A stretch of 64,000 nucleotides of DNA, from assembly GCA_965214705.1 (NCBI GenBank), contig OZ243972.1:1760001-1824000 (forward strand), read 5' to 3'. Of this stretch, positions 19,876 through 28,522 are shown one piece after another. Source of the DNA: Alphaproteobacteria bacterium (GTDB taxonomy: Bacteria; Pseudomonadota; Alphaproteobacteria; UBA828). The translations under genes were made by a program, and so were the position numbers. Numbering within the stretch: the first letter of the stretch is position 1; each line of letters opens with the position of its first letter. The notes below the pieces were generated by a model that did not search any database, was not told the DNA's origin, and saw nothing but the letters and a program-made list of their open reading frames with translations.

Positions 19876-20220
19876 GGGCACCGGCCGAACGAACGGGAAA
19901 ATACAGGAGGTTCCGACGTGGTCGGACGCGGCCGCGGAGGATGCCGGGCAAGGCGTGTGACCGGGCAAGAGTTGGGTCGCCGCTTGGCACCGTTCTACAG
20001 ATGGGTCCCGCCTCCCGGAACGTCACCACCGCTTGGATGCGGTATTGGGGTCACGGAGCCGGCAAGCGCCGGAGTTCCGAACCGGATAAGAGCTGAGCAG
20101 CGTGGCGGATCGCTGCGTGGAAACGACGTTCTGCCTGGACATCGGCCGCGGATTCGAGTGGAGAGATTGCGAATGCCATTGACGTAGATGAAGCCGGGCC
20201 TTGCGGAGAGAGCTCATAAG
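19876..20220 (+). ncRNA. Candidate bridge RNA/seekRNA region (exact RNA ends unknown)
   Basis: 345-nt structured non-coding region with segments matching the target (19964..19974, 19990..19999) and the circle junction (20041..20045, 20086..20092). Confidence 0.7.
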
Positions 20221-21535
20221 AACTCCTGCCGCAACCGCCACTGCCCCACCTGCCAGGGTCTCGCCGCCAACCTCTGGAGCGAGGAGCGCGCCGGGGACAT
20301 CCTGCCGGTGCCCTACTTCCATGTGGTCTTCACCCTGCCCAAGGAGGTTGCCGCCATTGCCTTCTGCAACCGCAGGGTGGTGTTCGACATCCTCTTCCGG
20401 GCCGTCGCCGAGACCCTGCGCACCATCGCCGCCGATCCCCGCCACGGCGGCATGCGCATCGGCGGCACCGCGGTCCTCCATACCTGGGATCAGAAGCTCC
20501 GCTTCCACCCGCACCTGCACGTGGTCGTGCCCAACGCGGGCTTCGACGTAGACAGTGGCGAGTGGAAGACGGGGAGCACCACCTTCCTCGCCCCCGTCAA
20601 GGTCCTCGGCAGCCTGTTCCGCCGCCTCTTCCTCAAGGAGCTCGCCCGCGCCCACGGCCGGGGGGACCTGGAGTTCCACGGCACCCTCGCCCACCTCGCC
20701 AATCCCGGCGAGTTCCACGCCACGCTTGCCGCCGCCCGGGCCAGGGACTGGGTGGTCTACGCCAAGCGGCCCTTCCGCGGGCCTGAGCAGGTCTTCCGGT
20801 ACCTCTCGCACTACACGCACAGGATCGCCATCTCCGACAGCCGCATCGTCTCCTTCGACGGCGAGACGGTCTCCTTCCGCCACCGAAAGCCCAAGGCGCC
20901 GGGGCAGAGAAAGCCGCGCTACGGCATCGCCACCGTGAGCGCCGACGAGTTCATCCGCCGCTTCCTGAGGCACGTCCTGCCGGACGGCATGCACCGCATT
21001 CGCTACTTCGGCATCCTCGCCAACGGCTGCCGCGCCAGCACGCTGGAGAGAGCACGCCAGGCTCTCGGCGCCCTCGGCTGCGCCGCCCCCGAGGGAAGCG
21101 TGGACGGCGCTCAGGCCGAGCCCGACGAAGAGCCCGAGATCGGCACCGCGCCCGTGGCCTGCCCCCACTGCGGCGGCGTCATGCGCCTCGTCCGCGAAAT
21201 CCGCCGCCGCCATGAGCCCCGCTCGACGCGCGGCCCGCCGGCGCTGCCGCCGACCCACAGGGGGAAACCGTGAGACGCCCGCTCGCTTCGGCCCCGCGCA
21301 ACGGCGCCAAAGCGCCGACGCACGACCGAACCTGTCTCCGCTTGAGCCGGGCTGACAGCCCTCGGCTCACACCCCGCTCAGTCCTCGCAGCGTGCGCCCG
21401 CATGCCTGCCGAAAGACCGGCGCGAGCGTCGATTTTATGCGCAACTCTGCTGCCGGTGGATGCCGCCTGACGCTGACATCAGCGCACTTTCCACATAGCT
21501 CAACTTCGCCTCTCGTGGCCCGCGGCTTCGTTCAA

Positions 21536-21577
21536 AAGGGTTGGGCAGGCTCTCGAGAGAGAGCCTGCCCAACCCTT
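21536..21577. repeat. Terminal hairpin of the IS91-like element (19-bp stem, GAGA loop), putative oriIS
   Basis: AAGGGTTGGGCAGGCTCTC-gaga-GAGAGCCTGCCCAACCCTT, 3 nt from the element end. Confidence 0.85.
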
Positions 21578-21817
21578 AACCTTGGGCAATGTCCAACCGG
21601 CGCGGCACGCTCGTCTCCGGAAAAGCTCGATCCGCAGCGCAGCATACTACCTCCGCTAAACGCAGGGCACCGACGAGTCTCGGACCCCACCGACGAACAC
21701 GAGTCCGGCCATGACGTGGCAGCGGGCACCGCGTCAACCCACTCGAACTTCTCGATCAGAGCACTAGAATGCAGCGCTGTTGTCGCATCGCGCTTCACCA
21801 CGAAGGGAGAGTCTGCC

Positions 21818-23221
21818 GTGACGAAGATGTGGGGCGGTGAGCCCTATTTCGGATTGTCCTATGACTTCGATCCACAATGGTATCTGACCGATGAGCAGAG
21901 GGAGATTCAGGCCCGGCTGATCGAACTCTGCCACTCGACCATCGCGCCACATGCCATCGAATGCGACCGCGACAGCATCTTTCCGCGCAAGAGCATGGAA
22001 GCGCTCGCCTCCCAGGACCTGCTCGCCCTTCACGTGCCGAAGAAGTACGGCGGCATGGGGCAGAACCACGTCTGCGTGGCGATGGTGCTGGAGACGATCG
22101 CCCGCTACGGTTGTGCCAGCACGGCGCTGGTCTACACCATGCACTTGCTCGCGGTCAGCGCATTGCTGCTCCGCGCCGGCGGCAACCCCGAAATACAGAA
22201 GACCCTGCGGCGCATGAACCGCGACGTCTTCATCGGCACCGCGTCCTACTCCGACCCCGAGACCGGCTCGCACTTCTGGTATCCGATGGCGTCGAAGGCC
22301 GAGAAGATCGACGGTGGCTGGCGGGTCAACAAGAAGTCCTCATGGACCACGTCAGGCGGGTTCGCGGACTTCTACGTGGCGCAGACCACCAGCCCGGACT
22401 TTGACGGCGACTTCTCCGATCTCTCCGTGTTCCTGATCTACGCCGACGAGGTCGTCGCGCACCCCGCGAGCTGGGATGCGATGGGCATGCGCGGCAATCA
22501 GTCGGGGCCGATCGAGATCACGGACGTGGAGGTGCCGGCCGATCGCATGGTGGGACCGCCCGGCGACGGCGCCCGCTCGAATGACGAGGGACTGGACCCG
22601 ATCGGCCTCTTGATGCTCGCCGCGTCATACAACGGCCTCGGCATGGGCGCGATTGACCTCGCCAAGCGGCAGGTGACGCGCACGACCCATGCGGACGTGG
22701 GCATGCGCGTCTGCGACTATCCGTCCATCCAGGACTATTTCGGCGATGCCATCATGGATACCCAAGCCTCGCGCGTTTACACCTTCGCCGTCGCCCAGCA
22801 ACTCGATGCCGTCACCAACAACTGCGACTGGACGATCCACGAGGACGATCTCGACCTGCTGCCCCGGTCGGAGTTCCTGACCTGGAGCTGGAAGGCGAAA
22901 TACATCGCGAGCAAGAGCGTCTACACGGTCGCCGACCGCATGCTGAACGCCTGCGGCGGCACCGGCTACAAGAAGAGCCTCGTCGTCGAGCGCGTGGTCA
23001 GGGACGCGAAGGCCGGCTGGATCATGGGGCCGACCAACGAGGTGCTGCGCCAGTTCGTCGGCAAGTGGGCGCTCCTCGGGTTCGAATCGCTCGATTACTG
23101 GAACCAATCGGTCAACGAGCGCGCCATGAACAACGAGTTGAAGAAGCTCGACGATGATGCCAAGCGTGCCCTGATCGAGAGGCTTAGTGCCGAGCTTGCC
23201 GAAGCCGAAGCCGCCGAGTAG
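21818..23221 (+). CDS. Acyl-CoA dehydrogenase-family flavoprotein
   Basis: LTDEQ, VPKKYGGMG, K.WTTSGG.AD, MGMRGN.S, GGTGY, ERVVRDAK; GTG start after AAGGGAG. Confidence 0.85.
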   Translation: MTKMWGGEPYFGLSYDFDPQWYLTDEQREIQARLIELCHSTIAPHAIECDRDSIFPRKSMEALASQDLLALHVPKKYGGMGQNHVCVAMVLETIARYGCASTALVYTMHLLAVSALLLRAGGNPEIQKTLRRMNRDVFIGTASYSDPETGSHFWYPMASKAEKIDGGWRVNKKSSWTTSGGFADFYVAQTTSPDFDGDFSDLSVFLIYADEVVAHPASWDAMGMRGNQSGPIEITDVEVPADRMVGPPGDGARSNDEGLDPIGLLMLAASYNGLGMGAIDLAKRQVTRTTHADVGMRVCDYPSIQDYFGDAIMDTQASRVYTFAVAQQLDAVTNNCDWTIHEDDLDLLPRSEFLTWSWKAKYIASKSVYTVADRMLNACGGTGYKKSLVVERVVRDAKAGWIMGPTNEVLRQFVGKWALLGFESLDYWNQSVNERAMNNELKKLDDDAKRALIERLSAELAEAEAAE

Positions 23222-23321
23222 CGGAGGGCTGCTCCTTCCAACCGTTAGCAGTGAACGTCCTCGTCTTCGGTGAGCACGCGAGCGATGTGCTCATCTGGGC
23301 CGTCTCTTGCGCGGCTAAAGC

Positions 23322-23705
23322 TCAGCCATCGACCGGCTCGTCTCTCTCAAGCGTGCGGAAGCCGCCGCGAATGAAGACTGCGACCGTGCAGCCGGTGTGC
23401 GAGACCGAGAAATGTTTGGAGCCGGGCTTGAGGGACACGAGATCGTTCTTTTTGTAGATGGTGCCGTCGCAGTCCTCGATCTCGCCGTCGAGAACCATGA
23501 ACTCCTCATAGCCCACATGCTCGTGGGGAATCGAGGTTCCGCCGGGCTTGAATCGGATCAGGAAGCAGCCGCCGCCCTCCGCCTCGTCGTAGCTGACATT
23601 GCACCAAGTCAGGTCGGACTGCTCCGACCCTTGCAGCCCGTACGGCACGAACTCCGCCGTGTCGAGGTTGACGATCCGACGTTGTGAATCGAGGGTGGTC
23701 GACAT
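23322..23705 (-). CDS. ChrR-like cupin
   Basis: LIRFKPG...PHEH.GYEEFMVLDG...PGSKH.S.S..GC. Confidence 0.8.
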   Translation of the reverse strand: MSTTLDSQRRIVNLDTAEFVPYGLQGSEQSDLTWCNVSYDEAEGGGCFLIRFKPGGTSIPHEHVGYEEFMVLDGEIEDCDGTIYKKNDLVSLKPGSKHFSVSHTGCTVAVFIRGGFRTLERDEPVDG

Positions 23706-23922
23706 TGTCTTGCCTTCCCAAATTTGACCTAGCCGCAGCAGCGGGGCGCGTCCTTATTCGCCGAAACAAGGTTACGCCGGCGCCAGACCAACCGGCAAGA
23801 CTCCGTCGTCTTTTCCGCCGGGATCGTGTGAAAAAGAAATACTTGTACGGGCTCCGCTGCTCGCGCATGCCACCTTAGCCGACAAGCAACCCGCACTCGG
23901 TGGTCTCGGATGCACGCCCGCG

Positions 23923-24825
23923 TCAGTGCCTGCTCGGCTCGCCAAGCGTCGCAGCCTTGAAGACGAAGGTATCGTCGACATACTCGCCGCCCTCCGAGGC
24001 CGCCGGCATGACATCACTGTAGCGATCTTCCAGCACGATGTGGGGGTCGTGCCCCTCGACCCACCCCAGGAAGAAGTCGTGCAGGTGGTAGCCGATCAGG
24101 TGCTGCACGTCCTCGCGCAGGTCTTTTGCCACGGCCGGAGGGACGGCGAGGTACTGGTTCTCCTCCTGACGCAGCCATCCCAGGCTGTAGCCGGTGATCG
24201 CGCCGGTGCGCCACTCGTCCTCGGTATTGTTCTGGCCACCGCCGTGATAGACCGAGCCCAGGTAGATCAGGCACGAGCCGCGCGGCATGACGGCATAGGC
24301 CCTCGGAGTGTTGTCGTCGGGATAGGTGTCATCGTCCCAGACATGGCTTCCCAGAACCACGTTGGTGGCACCGTTCTCGTATGTGAAGTCGGTAAGTGCC
24401 CACATCGTGTTGCACAGGCACTGCGGCCCGGGATGGCGGAAGGGCATCAGCGCGTCGTCGCGATGGATGATCTGCAGTCCCTGACCGGGGCCGATCCGCA
24501 CCGCTTGGGTGACGTGAAGCTGGTAGCGTTCGCAGCGCGGCAGCAGAAGGCGGTCCATTACGCCAAGGATCTGCGGGCACGTGGCGAGCTCTTCACCGTA
24601 GCTCTTGGACTTCGCGACCAGAGAGCTGACCCGCTTCGTCTTGTTCCCCCAGAACTCGCCCTCGCCGTAGTAGGCGCGTGACAGGAAGGGTTCGAGCTCG
24701 GCGTTGACTCTGTCGACCACCTCGTCATCGACGACCTGACGGTAGATGACGGCACCATCCTCTTCCAGGATCGCCATCGCCTCGTCGGCCGACGCAGGCC
24801 GGTCGATGGAACGCACCGTGTTCAT
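23923..24825 (-). CDS. PhyH-family dioxygenase
   Basis: EDGAVI, Q.IHRDD, FT.ENGAT, YHGGGQN, GWLRQEENQYL. Confidence 0.9.
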   Translation of the reverse strand: MNTVRSIDRPASADEAMAILEEDGAVIYRQVVDDEVVDRVNAELEPFLSRAYYGEGEFWGNKTKRVSSLVAKSKSYGEELATCPQILGVMDRLLLPRCERYQLHVTQAVRIGPGQGLQIIHRDDALMPFRHPGPQCLCNTMWALTDFTYENGATNVVLGSHVWDDDTYPDDNTPRAYAVMPRGSCLIYLGSVYHGGGQNNTEDEWRTGAITGYSLGWLRQEENQYLAVPPAVAKDLREDVQHLIGYHLHDFFLGWVEGHDPHIVLEDRYSDVMPAASEGGEYVDDTFVFKAATLGEPSRH

Positions 24826-24906
24826 GGCTGCCTCCCTCTGCTCGGTTGTACGATTCTAGCCCGGAACATTTGCCACGGTCACGGCCTGCTGGACCGGCGC
24901 TCAAGG

Positions 24907-25011
24907 GCGTTCGGCGGGTTCAGGCAGTCGGGCTACGGCAAGGGCAAGGCGCACCACGCGCTGGAGAAGTTCCGCGAATGCAAGAACACCTGGATTGAGC
25001 TATCGGGCTGA
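24907..25011 (+). pseudogene. Aldehyde dehydrogenase C-terminal remnant
   Basis: AFGGFRQSGYGKGKAHHALEKFRECKNTWIELSG* matches the ALDH FGG.K.SG.G tail; no upstream gene body. Confidence 0.7.
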
Positions 25012-25036
25012 CCGCGCCAGCAAATTCTCCTCTCGA

Positions 25037-27115
25037 TCAAGCGACCGCGCTCTCGAGGCGAACGTACTCCACCTTGTAGGGCACGTCGGCGACCGCGCCG
25101 GCGTCAAGCTCGCGCGCGAACTTGTGGCCCTCGTAGACAGCATGTTGGATCGTGCCGGCGGCCACGCAGTCGCCGACGCGGGCGAGCGTGGTAATCCCGG
25201 CCTTCTCCAGCTTCTCCGGTTCCGCCGCAAGCTCCCGGTAGAGCGTGTCGTTCGGCAGGCGCGAGGTGGTGAGCACGAGAGACTGATAGCCGAGATGCTG
25301 CCGCTTCTCCTCGTGATAGACGTTGTAGATCTCGATGCTGTTGTCGCCGATGTGGGCGATGTTGTGATCGGTGATCAGCTCGATCCCCATGGAGAGGACC
25401 TGGCTCATGATCTTCTCCATCTCCAGGGTGTATTCCGACCAGCGCGAGAGTTCCATCAGCGGGGTGACGATGGTCACCTCGTGACCGGCGGCCCGGAGCT
25501 TCTCGGCAATGACGCCGCCCATGTAGTAGTGGTCGTCGTCGAACACGACGATGGGACCCTCCAGCGCTTTCCCGTCCATCACGTCATCGGGAGTGAAGAC
25601 CTTCTTGCCGTCGCTCCCTGGGATCGCATGCGTGTTGGTGTAGGCGGCGCCGTCGCCGCGCCAGCGCGACCCTGTGGCGACGACCACGGTCTCGGCGCCG
25701 TAGTCGAGCACATCTTGCGTCGACAGGCGCGAGCCCGTGTGCACCTCGACATTCTTCATCTTCGCGATCTGGCCGACGCGGTAATCGCGCACGCGGCCCC
25801 ATGCGGCGAGGCCGGGGAGCGTGCTTTCGCGTGACACCCGGCCGCCTACGTCCGGTTCCGCCTCGACGAGGTGAACCGTGTAGCCCCGCTCTCCGAGCGC
25901 GCGCGCACACTCCAGCCCAGCCGGGCCGGTACCGACGATGAGCACACCGCTGTCGGACCCTTTCGGCTCGATCGTCTCCGGGTGCCAGCCACGCCGCCAC
26001 TCCTCGCCCGCGGTCGGGTTCTGCGTGCAGCGGAACAGGCTGGTGGTGTTCTCCGAGGCCACGCACATGTTGCAACCGATACACTCGCGGATGTCGTCGT
26101 TCCGCCCCTCCTCGATCTTCTTCGGCAGGAAGGGATCGGCGATCGAGGGGCGCGCCGCGCCGATGAAATCCGTAATCCCGCGGCCGATCTGGGAAATCAT
26201 CGTGTCCGGCGATGTGTAGCGCCCGACCGTCACGACCGGCCTGTCGGTCTTCTGCTTGACGAAGGCGACGTAAGGCTCCTGGAAGGCTTCATCGGTGAAC
26301 CGCGACGTGGCGGAATCGTAGGCCCAGTCGCTGATGTTCACGTCCCAGAGGTCGGGCAGGTCGGAGAACATCTCGACCACCGCCTGGCCCTCTTCCTGCC
26401 AGGTAATGCCGTGCTCGCCCCGGTTTTCGTCGACCGCGAGCCTCAGCGCCACAGCCGCCCTGTCGCCGACGGCCTCCTTGGTGTCCTCCAGCAGTTCGCC
26501 GATCAGGCGGGCGCGGTTTTCGACGCTGCCGCCATATTCGTCGGTGCGGTGATTGGTGTGCGGTGAGAGGAAGTGCTGTGGCAGCGCGATGTCGTGGGCG
26601 GCATAGACGTAGACGATGTCGTAGCCAACGTTGACCGCCCTCTTCGCCGCCTCCACCTGCCAGCGCCGGAACTCGCGGATGTCGGCCTTGTCCATCTCGC
26701 GGCCCATGATGGGATCCCAGTTGTAGTGCACCATGTTGGGCGAGGGTCCCAGCGGGAACTCCTTCGTCTTGCGGTTGGAGAAGCCGAGCCCGTTATGGAC
26801 CAGCTCCACGGCGGCGAGCGCGCCGTATTCGTGCATGGTGTCCACCCATCCGCGAAGCTGCTCCGCGTACTCGTCGTTCCAGAGCCGGCGTTCACCATAA
26901 GGGGCGGCGCAGGAGCTTGGATGGATGCTGCATTGCTCGGTGCAGATGACGGCCCAACCGCCTTCGGCCTTCATGCGCCGATGCGCGACATCGCCGTGGT
27001 GCTCGCCGTAACCCATCGCATTGCAGTGAGGCACTTGGTAGAAGCGATTCTTGGCGATCTTCGGGCCGATCTTGATCGGCGTGAACAGGATGTCGTAACG
27101 GGGATCGCGGGCCAT
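25037..27115 (-). CDS. Histamine-dehydrogenase-like TMADH-family flavoprotein (paralogue 2)
   Basis: KNRFYQVPHCNAMGY, CTEQ, VYVYAAH, CIGCNMC, ESTLPGLAAWGRV; ATG 27115 with GGAGG RBS. Confidence 0.9.
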   Translation of the reverse strand: MARDPRYDILFTPIKIGPKIAKNRFYQVPHCNAMGYGEHHGDVAHRRMKAEGGWAVICTEQCSIHPSSCAAPYGERRLWNDEYAEQLRGWVDTMHEYGALAAVELVHNGLGFSNRKTKEFPLGPSPNMVHYNWDPIMGREMDKADIREFRRWQVEAAKRAVNVGYDIVYVYAAHDIALPQHFLSPHTNHRTDEYGGSVENRARLIGELLEDTKEAVGDRAAVALRLAVDENRGEHGITWQEEGQAVVEMFSDLPDLWDVNISDWAYDSATSRFTDEAFQEPYVAFVKQKTDRPVVTVGRYTSPDTMISQIGRGITDFIGAARPSIADPFLPKKIEEGRNDDIRECIGCNMCVASENTTSLFRCTQNPTAGEEWRRGWHPETIEPKGSDSGVLIVGTGPAGLECARALGERGYTVHLVEAEPDVGGRVSRESTLPGLAAWGRVRDYRVGQIAKMKNVEVHTGSRLSTQDVLDYGAETVVVATGSRWRGDGAAYTNTHAIPGSDGKKVFTPDDVMDGKALEGPIVVFDDDHYYMGGVIAEKLRAAGHEVTIVTPLMELSRWSEYTLEMEKIMSQVLSMGIELITDHNIAHIGDNSIEIYNVYHEEKRQHLGYQSLVLTTSRLPNDTLYRELAAEPEKLEKAGITTLARVGDCVAAGTIQHAVYEGHKFARELDAGAVADVPYKVEYVRLESAVA

Positions 27116-27637
27116 TGTTACCTCCCTGCACCGTATATGGGCAGCGCCTCGGCGGCGCGCCCTCATGCATGCACCAAACGACCATGCAGCGGCGGGCGCG
27201 CCACGCGCATGAGCGCACGGCGCGGCGCCGCCGGGATGTGAGAGCCCGCCTAGGCGGCGAGCTGCTCGGACTCGGGATCGTGAATGAAGAAGACCTTGCG
27301 GACGGTCTCCTCGATGACCCAGGTCACCTTCTCGCCCTTGTTCGTGTAGAAGATGTCGCCGGCGGTATAGGTGTGGGTGGTGCCGTCCTGTTCGGTCACA
27401 TGGATCTTGAACGAAGCCGCTACGCGGAGTTAGCGGCGTAGAGTTCATTCATTTCCGAGGCGTCGCGGGTGCCGTTTGTTCTGTGCGTTCGCTTCCCGGT
27501 TGCGTCAGTGGCGCTCCGCCCGTCGGGTGGCGGATCCCCAGCAGCCTCCCGATCACCAGTGGTTAGTATCGACCCCTGCGACGGACCGTCGCCGGATCGG
27601 TCCGGCGGCGCGCCGTCGCGATCCAGGGAGATCGATA

Positions 27638-28516
27638 ATGACCGGGACCGCGTGCGACACGAACACCGTCACCCCTCTTCGCCAGCGCATGGAGGAGCAG
27701 CTCCGCATCGCCAATCTGGCCGCGAGCACGTCCAAGGCCTACATCTGCGAGATCAAGAACCTGGCCAGGTACTACGACGCCTCGCCGGACGAGCTCGACG
27801 CCGAGCAGGTGCGCCAGTGGTACCTGGGGCGGATCGACAAGGGGCTCAGTCCGGGCACGACCAACGTCTCCTTCGCCGCGCTGAACTTCCTCTACATCGA
27901 CACACTCGGCTGGCCTGACCATGTCGCCGGCCTGCGCTCCCGCAAGAAGCCCGGCAAGCTGCCGCGCTACATGTCGGAGCAGGAGGTCGAGCACCTCATC
28001 CTTGCGACACCCGACCTCCGCCACCGTGCTGCCATTGTCACCGGCTATGGCGGCGGGCTCCGCATCTCCGAGACCTTGGCCATCAAGGTCGGCGACATCC
28101 TGTCGGAGAAGAAGCTGCTGCACATCCCCTCCGGCAAAGGCGGCACCGAGAGAATGGCACCGTTGCCGGACATCGTCATCCACTACTTGCGCGTCTACTA
28201 CAGGAACATCTGGCCGCGTCCGACGAGCTGGCTCTTCTACGGCGTCTCGCTCGACAGGCCCATCGCAACGGAGACCTTGCAGGCCGCCTTCAGGAGGGCG
28301 CGCGACATTGCCGAGCTCGACCGCAGCTACACCTTCCATTGCCTGCGCCATTCGGCGGCGACCCATCTCCTCGAGCGCGGCGGCGATATCGAGGTGATCC
28401 GGGACATGCTCGGCCATCGAAGCGCGAACACGACCCGTCACTACGCCCGCGTCACCGGCAAGATGTTCGAGGGCCTCGACCACCCGATCTCAGGCTTCGC
28501 AGCGTTGCGCAACTGA
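27638..28516 (+). CDS. Tyrosine recombinase of the IS91-like element
   Basis: Identical protein to 17497..18375. Confidence 0.9.
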   Translation: MTGTACDTNTVTPLRQRMEEQLRIANLAASTSKAYICEIKNLARYYDASPDELDAEQVRQWYLGRIDKGLSPGTTNVSFAALNFLYIDTLGWPDHVAGLRSRKKPGKLPRYMSEQEVEHLILATPDLRHRAAIVTGYGGGLRISETLAIKVGDILSEKKLLHIPSGKGGTERMAPLPDIVIHYLRVYYRNIWPRPTSWLFYGVSLDRPIATETLQAAFRRARDIAELDRSYTFHCLRHSAATHLLERGGDIEVIRDMLGHRSANTTRHYARVTGKMFEGLDHPISGFAALRN

Positions 28517-28522
28517 CGGCGC

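Larger units (their letters stand above)
18571..20220 (+). mobile_element. IS110-family, IS1111-type insertion sequence (1650 bp)
   Basis: Boundaries defined by the empty site in copy 2 (CTCTTC|AACTCC); no duplication; subterminal IR ATGAGC 7 nt from the left end and GCTCAT 3 nt from the right end; long 3' non-coding region. Confidence 0.9.
18382..21273 (+). pseudogene. IS91-family (Zn-binding plus Y2/HUH) transposase interrupted by IS1111-type element
   Basis: Matches intact 28523..29764 apart from a 1650-bp insert after codon 63 and a few SNPs. Confidence 0.9.
17265..21580 (+). mobile_element. IS91-like rolling-circle element, copy 1 (4316 bp including nested IS1111-type element)
   Basis: Ends CTTGAACGAAG...CCCTTAAC followed by target CTTG (21581..21584); near-identical to copies 2 and 3. 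Confidence 0.92.
16645..21608 (-). pseudogene. Stand-alone peptidase M41 (FtsH protease domain) gene split by IS91-like copy 1 (parts 21608..21581 and 17264..16645)
   Basis: TAYHEAGHA, LGGLIAEE, SDI..A motifs; removing 17265..21580 rejoins GTG-PRRLDIAQ-VNISG in frame with a GGAG RBS. Confidence 0.75.

Noticed and set aside
18349-21258. Long antisense ORFs over the IS elements (539 aa, 411 aa and their copies)
   Set aside because: Shadow frames of GC-rich genes with no recognisable motifs
17265-21584. CTTG as a classical DDE target-site duplication
   Set aside because: The transposase is HUH/Y2 and the same tetranucleotide occurs at all three sites, fitting an IS91-type terminus plus target; sequence alone cannot formally distinguish the two
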